DNA of 20,000 bases, from the IMG/VR virus record IMGVR_UViG_3300049846_001482; one strand, written 5' to 3'. The position numbers were made by a program, and so were the translations under genes. The notes under the pieces were generated by a model. That model was not told where the DNA came from. It searched no databases and saw only the letters and a list, made by a program, of their open reading frames with translations. The stretch is from an uncultured virus (IMG/VR IMGVR_UViG_3300049846_001482). Lineage: Duplodnaviria; Heunggongvirae; Uroviricota; Caudoviricetes. Positions 1 through 6,300 of the stretch are shown here, piece by piece. Position 1 is the first letter of the stretch, and each line of letters opens with the position of its first letter.

Positions 1-340
1 CAAACAAGTTCTCGCTACCTTCTGTAAAGCAAGAGCGTAGCCAGCCTAGTTTTTCATTGTGAGCAGCCTTGGCGTAGGCATTTGCAATCTGTCGAAAGAG
101 GCGTTCACGGTCAAAGTCCTTAGCCAAGAACCGCTGATTGATGTCAAGGCTATCGGAATCTGCCTTTAGAGGCAACGTGAAAGTCTCTGGCTTACCATTC
201 AGAAGGAAGCGATTGCGGTTAATCCAACCCTTCTTCGTGTATTTGATGTTGTCGTAGATCACGAACATGTCCACGGCATTGAATAGTTGCCAATAGCCAA
301 TGTAGGGCAAAAAGTAGGGTTGCATTATTGCTACTTTCAT
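1..340 (-). CDS. WbqC-like family protein (putative glycyl/acyl transferase for amino-sugar), 3' end beyond window
   Basis: Not in ORF track. My translation from ATG at 340: MKVAIMQPYFLPYIGYWQLFNAVDMFVIYDNIKYTKKGWINRNRFLLNG..., the characteristic WbqC N-terminus (QPYFxPYxGY...DxFVxYD...KxGWxNRN). Open to the window edge; TGATG overlap with the aminotransferase stop. Confidence 0.9.
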   Translation of the reverse strand, partial: MKVAIMQPYFLPYIGYWQLFNAVDMFVIYDNIKYTKKGWINRNRFLLNGKPETFTLPLKADSDSLDINQRFLAKDFDRERLFRQIANAYAKAAHNEKLGWLRSCFTEGSENLF

Positions 341-1410
341 CAGAGCCCATTGATGCTATCGATGACATACTGGATCTGCTCGTCAGTGATGTCATTGAAA
401 ATAGGAATGCAGAGTATTTGGTCGTAGACGGCTTCTGTGTTTGGCAACGAAGCGGGTGGCAAACGGTGATAACGAGTCATGTGGTTGGGGAAGAAGTATT
501 TCTTTGTCTGAATGCCCTTCTCAGCCAACTTCTCGTAAACCTCATCTCTCTTAGGGGTCAGAATGGAGAAGTCCTTATATGAAGAAAGGTCTCCATCCCT
601 GACTGTCTGAAACTCAAGCCCCTTGATGCCCTCACGGTAACGCTTTGCTATCTCCTGCCTACGAGCCATGACGCTATCTATGTTTTGCATGGAGAGATAG
701 GCTAGTCCAGCATGAAATTCAGATATCTTTCCATTCATGCCCAAAAGCTGGGTGTTGTAATCTCCCTCAAAGCCATAGTTACGAGCCTTGTAAAACCTCT
801 CAGCAATCTCTGGGTCTTTGATGAACGTCAATCCACCCTCGGCTGAGGTAATGAGCTTCGTTCCACTGAAAGAGTAGGCTCCAGCATCTCCAAACTCGCA
901 GATGTGGCGGCCCTGATACTTGGACCCGTAGCCGTGAGCAGCATCAATGATCAGCTTGAGGTCATGAGCCTTTGCCAAATACTCCAACTGCCCCATGTCA
1001 CATGGATTGCCAAAGATATGAACGCCCATGATGGCAACGGTCTTGTCGCCAACCTTTGCATCAACATCAGAAGGGCTGATGGTGTAGGTGGATGGGTCGA
1101 TATCAACAAAGACAGGAACAAGATCGTTCCAGACAATGGCATTGATAGTTGAGTTGAACGTGAATGATGGCACAAGGACATGAGAGCCCTTGGGGAAGTT
1201 GAAGCAGCGCAGCAACAACATCAATGAAACATCACAGGAAACACAAGACAGGAAGTGACGATCGCTATTGAACTGCTCCTTGGCTGTCTGCTCCATCAGT
1301 TTGGAGTATTTTGAGAAGTTGGAAAGCATACGGCTCTCCCACAACTCATCAACAATCTTGATGTAGTCTTCTTTGTTAGGCAACGATGGTCTCATCAATG
1401 GAACTTTCAT
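340..1410 (-). CDS. DegT/DnrJ/EryC1/StrS family PLP-dependent sugar aminotransferase (VioA-like)
   Basis: Motifs VPSFTF, PVFVDID, VHIFGNP, IDAAH, SFSGTK(PLP Lys)LITSAEGG, GMNGKISE, LCIPIF; SD-like GAGGA upstream. Confidence 0.95.
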   Translation of the reverse strand: MKVPLMRPSLPNKEDYIKIVDELWESRMLSNFSKYSKLMEQTAKEQFNSDRHFLSCVSCDVSLMLLLRCFNFPKGSHVLVPSFTFNSTINAIVWNDLVPVFVDIDPSTYTISPSDVDAKVGDKTVAIMGVHIFGNPCDMGQLEYLAKAHDLKLIIDAAHGYGSKYQGRHICEFGDAGAYSFSGTKLITSAEGGLTFIKDPEIAERFYKARNYGFEGDYNTQLLGMNGKISEFHAGLAYLSMQNIDSVMARRQEIAKRYREGIKGLEFQTVRDGDLSSYKDFSILTPKRDEVYEKLAEKGIQTKKYFFPNHMTRYHRLPPASLPNTEAVYDQILCIPIFNDITDEQIQYVIDSINGL

Positions 1411-1418
1411 CTATATCC

Positions 1419-2897
1419 TCATATCTGGATGTGAGCGTTCAACTTACCCCAGTCAATAAAGGGAGTCATGAAGAGAGTGTTGAGGTGAGTAGCCCTGCCG
1501 TGGATTGGACTCCAAAGCCTAACCCCTCTTCGGTATAGTTCACGGCTCAACTCACGATCTGGAAGTTGTCCCGTGAAGATGTCTGCGTTGGCTTTCAGTA
1601 TTTCCTTGCTAACACAAAAACTAGAACAGGTGCTTTCGGCCGTCCGCCAGTGGCAACTGTCTGTAATCGTCAACTTCTCTTGACCGTAGGTGATGTCATC
1701 TGTCCGTGTGTAGCGATCAGGGTGGTCATAGAGTGTAAAGATGGAGTTCTCTATCCTGTTGACGCCCTGTAGCAAGACGTTAAATGCGTCTGGAAGGTAC
1801 ATGTAGTCATCTTCCGAGATGTAGAAGTGGTCGTATTTGTCGAAGAGGGAGCTTATCTTGCGATAGACCTCTTTGATGGACTCCAGACCACTTCCAACAT
1901 TGATGCGAGTGAATTCTTTGATGGGTTGAGATTTGATGTAGTTGGTGTAGTCGTTTTCTTGCCCATCATAGATCACATAGACATCAATTCCCTGTGCTGC
2001 ATTCATCAGGGACTTGAAGTTCTTCTTCTTGTCGTACCAAGTGGGACGATGTTTGTCTGGGCGAATCTGTCCATCGAGTTCTGAGCCGCTGCACCAGAAG
2101 ATGATGGCCAAACTGTCTGCCCCAAATCGGTATCCGCTATCAATTCGATCCCATTTTGACTTGTCTTCTACTAGTTTATCTGCCCATCTCTGGAAAAACA
2201 AAGTTTTGTTTGGAGCTTCGGCATAGGAAACCTTGCTAGAAGTGACAGATTCCTTATGTATAACTTCTGACAGTGGGTAATAGATGACTTTCTTGTTTAG
2301 CTGGAACCTTACCTTAAAGCATAGGTCGTTGTCTTCGTATCCATTCTTGTATCCAGTGTCAAATCCACCTACTGTTTCAAAGTCTTGCTTAGAGATGAAG
2401 AAGCAAGCACCTGTGAGACATTGGTATTCTCTTTGCTCATTGACAAATGGGTGGTTGCTGGGAAAGTGACGATAGCGGTGATCAAAGACGTTGCCATTGT
2501 AGCTGGTGCCTAAAACCTGAACGCCTGCATGTTGAATGTTACCGTTAGGGTATAGTAGTTTTGGACCCACAATGCCAGCAGATGGGTTTTCTGCCATGAA
2601 ACCTACAATGTCATCCCATCCACTTTTCAAGAGAATGTCATTGTTCATGAAACATAGTAAGGGATATTTTGCTTTGGCTGCGCCGGTGTTGCAGCCGCCT
2701 GCGAAGTTGATGTTTTCCTCAAGCCTAATGTACGTAACCTTTTTTCGGTAAGTGTCAGAAATTCTCTCTTCTTCTCTGGAGCCATTGTCAACAATGACAA
2801 TTTCGTGCTCGACAAGAGTGTTGTTTATGATACTATCAATGCATTCCTCAGTCATGCGTCCATGATTGAGTTGTGGTACTATGATGCTAAGTGCCAT
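1419..2897 (-). CDS. Two-domain glycosyltransferase (N-terminal GT2 + C-terminal GT-A-like domain)
   Basis: GT2 motifs SIIVP, IVIVDNGS, NFAGGCNTG, FMNND, GACF, GGFD, EDNDLC, HKES; second domain with VYVIYDG and YISEDDY (DxD-like); SD GGAGG upstream. Confidence 0.9.
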   Translation of the reverse strand: MALSIIVPQLNHGRMTEECIDSIINNTLVEHEIVIVDNGSREEERISDTYRKKVTYIRLEENINFAGGCNTGAAKAKYPLLCFMNNDILLKSGWDDIVGFMAENPSAGIVGPKLLYPNGNIQHAGVQVLGTSYNGNVFDHRYRHFPSNHPFVNEQREYQCLTGACFFISKQDFETVGGFDTGYKNGYEDNDLCFKVRFQLNKKVIYYPLSEVIHKESVTSSKVSYAEAPNKTLFFQRWADKLVEDKSKWDRIDSGYRFGADSLAIIFWCSGSELDGQIRPDKHRPTWYDKKKNFKSLMNAAQGIDVYVIYDGQENDYTNYIKSQPIKEFTRINVGSGLESIKEVYRKISSLFDKYDHFYISEDDYMYLPDAFNVLLQGVNRIENSIFTLYDHPDRYTRTDDITYGQEKLTITDSCHWRTAESTCSSFCVSKEILKANADIFTGQLPDRELSRELYRRGVRLWSPIHGRATHLNTLFMTPFIDWGKLNAHIQI

Positions 2898-2923
2898 TTT
2901 GTTGCTCCTCCAATGGATCTAAG

Positions 2924-2932
2924 ATTGTATCA
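2924..2932 (-). promoter_or_regulatory. Possible extended -10 promoter for the glycan cassette
   Basis: Minus strand TG-A-TACAAT about 27 nt upstream of the GT start, in the divergent intergenic region; no good -35. Confidence 0.35.
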
Positions 2933-2943
2933 AAAACATTCGC

Positions 2944-2971
2944 TTGAATTTTCGGTGGGTGGCGCTATAAT
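2944..2971 (+). promoter_or_regulatory. Sigma70-like promoter TTGAAT-N16-TATAAT
   Basis: TTGAAT 2944-2949, TATAAT 2966-2971; same geometry as the sites at 4069 and 15641. Confidence 0.7.
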
Positions 2972-3016
2972 AGTGTAACTCATGGGATGAGATTTCCCAA
3001 CAAAGGAGGAAAAAGA

Positions 3017-3205
3017 ATGCCTGTCAATACGCCAAGCAAGACTGCAATGATCCAGAACTTGCGCCAGGTTGCTGGTAACAAGAACACCCTGACCAGGGAG
3101 CAGTTCCGCAACAGCTCTCGCAGGAAGTTCGCCAGCGTCACCATTGAGAAGTACTTCGGTAGCTTCTCTGCCGCTCTCCGCAAGGCCAAGCTCGCAGCAC
3201 GCTAA
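3017..3205 (+). CDS. Small basic protein resembling a single 'homing endonuclease associated repeat' unit; putative DNA-binding protein (62 aa)
   Basis: Start moved from 2987 to ATG 3017 because AAAGGAGG lies just upstream; ...LTREQF...ASVTIEKYFGSFSAALRKAKL fits the repeat pattern (ti.xxFGSW/FxxAlxxAgl); no nuclease domain. Confidence 0.7.
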   Translation: MPVNTPSKTAMIQNLRQVAGNKNTLTREQFRNSSRRKFASVTIEKYFGSFSAALRKAKLAAR

Positions 3206-3212
3206 TGTCCAA

Positions 3213-3254
3213 AGACCCCGCTGTGGTGACAACACTGCAGCGGGGTTCTCTTTT
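3213..3254 (+). terminator. Rho-independent terminator
   Basis: GACCCCGCTGTGGTG-ACAA-CACTGCAGCGGGGTT stem (with G-U pairs) followed by CTCTTTT, right after the 3205 stop. Confidence 0.8.
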
Positions 3255-3270
3255 ATAAAAACCAATTTAG
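3249..3270 (+). promoter_or_regulatory. Candidate phage-specific (late?) promoter motif, copy 1
   Basis: TCTTTTATAA-AAAC-CA-ATTTAG, 7 nt before ATG 3278; 17/22 identical, ungapped, to the minus-strand copy at 11541-11562. Confidence 0.45.
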
Positions 3271-3277
3271 GTATAAG

Positions 3278-4066
3278 ATGCGACTTCTGGTTTTGATGTC
3301 ACTAATTTTCTTGAGTCCCACCTTGCTCCATGCTGAGAGCAAGGACATCTATGAATTGAAAGACAAGATACTTACCTTGTCTCAAGAGAACAACAAAATA
3401 CTCGCCTCCAACGAAGCCATAGCCAACAACAGGCTTGCTCGTTATCAAGCCAGGCTTCTTGTAAAGACGATCTCATATGAGATCTACTGGTATTTGAAGA
3501 GGCAGGGTGTCAATCGCAGCCTTTCCAAGATAGAAAGCATCGTCAACGCCGCCTATATGTCCTCGTGGATATTCGTTGACTTAGGCAAAGACCATCTGGA
3601 CCGCTTTGTGACCATCCTACAGTGGCCAAGGGATGAGACTACGTTTGATCCACAACTGGTTTCTCATTGGAAGGCTGGAACCTACCTCCCATCGCTTAAA
3701 AAGACAGTCAAAAAAGACACCATCGACTATGGTGCTTTCCAGATAAACCAAGACCACATAGAGGGGTTGAAGCTCATCAACTTCCTTTACGATAGCAGTG
3801 TCATCAACTTCAAGGTGAGGCGTGTCCGTAGCGTCAAAGACCTCATGGATGTAAATACCAACTGCGTGGCTCGCTGTATCATTGAAACCGACCGCAAAGA
3901 GCGTGGCTGGGAGTGGCAACACATTGGCGACAGAAAGTTTAGAACATTTGTCATATCTCAGATAGAAAAGTTGTCAAAAGAACATCTGTATAACAGAAAT
4001 TTCGTTCAAAAGTATTATTCTCTGACTCCGATCAGGGAGTACAGCGCTAAAGATTTCAACTTCTGA
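3278..4066 (+). CDS. Secreted/membrane-anchored lytic transglycosylase-like (lysozyme-fold) protein
   Basis: Signal-peptide-like N-terminus (MRLLVLMSLIFLSPTLLHA), coiled coil, then ETTFDP (putative catalytic Glu), DYGAFQIN and DVNTN matching SLT motifs I-III. Confidence 0.6.
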   Translation: MRLLVLMSLIFLSPTLLHAESKDIYELKDKILTLSQENNKILASNEAIANNRLARYQARLLVKTISYEIYWYLKRQGVNRSLSKIESIVNAAYMSSWIFVDLGKDHLDRFVTILQWPRDETTFDPQLVSHWKAGTYLPSLKKTVKKDTIDYGAFQINQDHIEGLKLINFLYDSSVINFKVRRVRSVKDLMDVNTNCVARCIIETDRKERGWEWQHIGDRKFRTFVISQIEKLSKEHLYNRNFVQKYYSLTPIREYSAKDFNF

Positions 4067-4068
4067 TA

Positions 4069-4096
4069 TTGAAAATAGCTTGGAATCAACTATAAT
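4069..4096 (+). promoter_or_regulatory. Sigma70-like promoter TTGAAA-N16-TATAAT
   Basis: TTGAAA 4069-4074, TATAAT 4091-4096, upstream of dNMP kinase (SD GAGG). Confidence 0.7.
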
Positions 4097-4123
4097 CAAG
4101 CAAAGACACCACTTGAGGTTTGC

Positions 4124-4741
4124 ATGAAGAACATCATCATAGCCTTTTCTGGAAAGGCTCAGTCAGGCAAAACAGAATCATCTAAGTTGTTAAGGGAAAT
4201 TGTAGAGTCAACCAACGATGTCTCGTTCAACAAACTCTCTTTCGCCACGAAGGTCAAGGAGATAGCCCAGTATTACTTCGGTTGGGACGGCGACAAGGAG
4301 ATTTACACCCGCACCTATCTTGATGGCGAGATCAAGCAGGACGGATCTCTTGCTGCGGCCGGTGAGGTAGAGGTCATTCAAGACAAGGGTAGGCAACTCC
4401 TCATCAACATCGGAGAGAAGTTCCGAGCCATTCGACCCACTGTATGGGCAGACATTGTTTTGCAGCAGATCAAAGACCTTGACATTGGAAAGCCAGAGAA
4501 TGTCATCTACTGCATTGACGACCTGAGATTCAGGAACGAGGTTAAGTCCCTCAAGGGATATGGACGAGCCTACTTCATCAGAATCAACAGGCCAGCAGGA
4601 CAGTTGAATCTAGACGATGTTACAGAGAAAGACTTGGACTCCCATCGCTTCGACTACTACATCGAGAACGATGGCTCCGTCAAAGAATTGAAGCAGAAGA
4701 TACACCAAATCTACCAAGACATCTTAAAGCATTCTAATTGA
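4124..4741 (+). CDS. Deoxynucleoside monophosphate kinase (phage dNMP kinase, T4 gp1-like)
   Basis: P-loop IIAFSGKAQSGKT, SFATKVK, FGWDG, GRQLLINIG, IDDLRFRNE, IRINR, IENDG. Confidence 0.9.
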   Translation: MKNIIIAFSGKAQSGKTESSKLLREIVESTNDVSFNKLSFATKVKEIAQYYFGWDGDKEIYTRTYLDGEIKQDGSLAAAGEVEVIQDKGRQLLINIGEKFRAIRPTVWADIVLQQIKDLDIGKPENVIYCIDDLRFRNEVKSLKGYGRAYFIRINRPAGQLNLDDVTEKDLDSHRFDYYIENDGSVKELKQKIHQIYQDILKHSN

Positions 4742-4765
4742 GGTCGCATGCATTAAAGGGATCCC

Positions 4766-5158
4766 ATGAAGAACAAACGACTTGAAGAAAGACTCAAAAA
4801 ATACGGCACCGCATACAGCGACATCATCAAGATGATTGAGAAATGCGAAGCCGGTGACGTTGGCGAGATTCAAATTTCGAAGAAAGAGAAGATAACCAAG
4901 AGCCCCATCTTAGATAAGATGATTTTCACTTATCTGAAGAAGTTGAAGGTCAGGATAGTGTTCACAGAGGAAGTTGAGCCAAAGTCCTCTGAGGATGAGC
5001 GTCCAAAATGCCCCAATGACGTTCACAAGGTTCTTGGTAGCGACATGAAGAAGTCAGCAAAGATAAAGACTCTTACAAAGAGCAAGTACAGCATGTTCAG
5101 GATAGACGTGACATCTTTCGTTGTCTGTCCTGAGTGTGGCGACATAAAAGAGATTTAA
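4766..5158 (+). CDS. Hypothetical protein with C-terminal Cys/His (Zn-ribbon-like) motif
   Basis: 130-aa ORF in operon; CPNDVH...CPECG. Confidence 0.7.
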   Translation: MKNKRLEERLKKYGTAYSDIIKMIEKCEAGDVGEIQISKKEKITKSPILDKMIFTYLKKLKVRIVFTEEVEPKSSEDERPKCPNDVHKVLGSDMKKSAKIKTLTKSKYSMFRIDVTSFVVCPECGDIKEI

Positions 5159-5176
5159 CCATTCTTTGAGGTTCCA

Positions 5177-5617
5177 ATGGCAAGACAGAAGAAGGAAAAG
5201 ACACCAAAGTACTACGAGGCTCCAGAGGTCGAGACGGAAGTCAAGAAGATCCTAGAAGCCTATCCCGACAAGTTCAACTCCTTCGGGATGCACGACATCA
5301 AGGTTCTATTCAAGACTGGCAAGAAGAAAGAGGGCAAGAAGCATGTCTCCATCAAGATCATCAAGGAGCCAATCACCCTCATCTCCTCCAAGAAGGCCCT
5401 GCTCTTCGTGGTCGATGGCTGGTGGCAGGATGTCATCGATAGCGACCGCACCAAGGGGCTCATTGAGGGTCTTTTGAGCATCGAAGTGGATGACTTCGGT
5501 GAGTTGTCCAAGAGACCATTCGATGTTCAGACCTTCGCTGAGATCGCCAAGACCTGGGCTGGATTCAAGAAGATCCTTCCAGGTGAGAAGGAAGACCTAG
5601 TTCTCTCAGCAGAGTAA
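5177..5617 (+). CDS. Putative phage metallopeptidase-family homolog lacking the HExxH site
   Basis: YEAPEV...IKVLF...WW...GLIEGLLSI...LSKRPFDVQTFAEI follows the family layout, in which LxxHELxHI and HDvEEF are expected; SD GAGG; strongly biased codons. Confidence 0.55.
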   Translation: MARQKKEKTPKYYEAPEVETEVKKILEAYPDKFNSFGMHDIKVLFKTGKKKEGKKHVSIKIIKEPITLISSKKALLFVVDGWWQDVIDSDRTKGLIEGLLSIEVDDFGELSKRPFDVQTFAEIAKTWAGFKKILPGEKEDLVLSAE

Positions 5618-5628
5618 AGCGCAAAAGA

Positions 5629-5658
5629 AAGAGCCCCTAGTTGATTCTAGGGGCTCTT
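5629..5658. terminator. Bidirectional intrinsic terminator between convergent gene blocks
   Basis: Perfect 12-bp stem AAGAGCCCCTAG-TTGATT-CTAGGGGCTCTT with A-rich 5' flank and T-rich 3' flank. Confidence 0.85.
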
Positions 5659-5679
5659 CTTATGTGCGTTGATGTTGGT

Positions 5680-6300
5680 TTACTTTTTGTGTTTCTTGAA
5701 GTACTCTACTTGACGAAGCCTCTTTACTGCCTCACCCTTAGTTTTGTAGCATCCAAGTTTCTTGCCTTTGCGTGAAAGAACACACCACTTACTATCCATC
5801 TTTTTGATGTAAGCCAGCCTGAGCATGGCAGCATGGCGTGACGATATTGCTGGCTGCAATTCAAGGACTGGCAAGAAGTTGTCGGCCAACTTTTCTGCTG
5901 CATCAGGACCAGTCTCAGAGGAGTAACCCATTTCGGTGAACTCCTTACGATGAGTGGCCTCATGCATGATGGTCTTCACTATCTGGTTGTCAACCTCTTG
6001 TTGGATGGCTTGCTCTGGCTGTCCAGACAACTTTGATCTGACTTCTTGCTCTATCTTGGGTATGTTGACGAAGATGGTATGAGGAGCCCCTGTGTTGTAT
6101 TGACCAAAAGGACCGCTAACCATATGTCCAACGATGTCCGTTACGTCTCTGAGTAGTTCTGGATTGTGTTGGTTAACAATGTCAACAGCTCTTTGGATTC
6201 TGGCAGCAAAGGCAGGCTCAATAGAAACCCTCGGAGAACCGACTAACTCGGTATGCTCCTGAACTGGTTGCTGTATCTGAGCCTGTCTGAACGAAATCAT
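5680..6300 (-). CDS. HExxH (zincin-like) protein with short basic C-terminal module
   Basis: TIFVN...KTIMHEATHR; C-terminal IKKMDSKWCVLSRKGKKLGCYKTKGEAVKRLRQVEYFK; ATGA overlap with upstream gene. Confidence 0.7.
   Translation of the reverse strand: MISFRQAQIQQPVQEHTELVGSPRVSIEPAFAARIQRAVDIVNQHNPELLRDVTDIVGHMVSGPFGQYNTGAPHTIFVNIPKIEQEVRSKLSGQPEQAIQQEVDNQIVKTIMHEATHRKEFTEMGYSSETGPDAAEKLADNFLPVLELQPAISSRHAAMLRLAYIKKMDSKWCVLSRKGKKLGCYKTKGEAVKRLRQVEYFKKHKK

Noticed and set aside
2987..3016. Track start at 2987 for the small basic protein
   Set aside because: The strong SD lies inside this stretch and points to ATG 3017.
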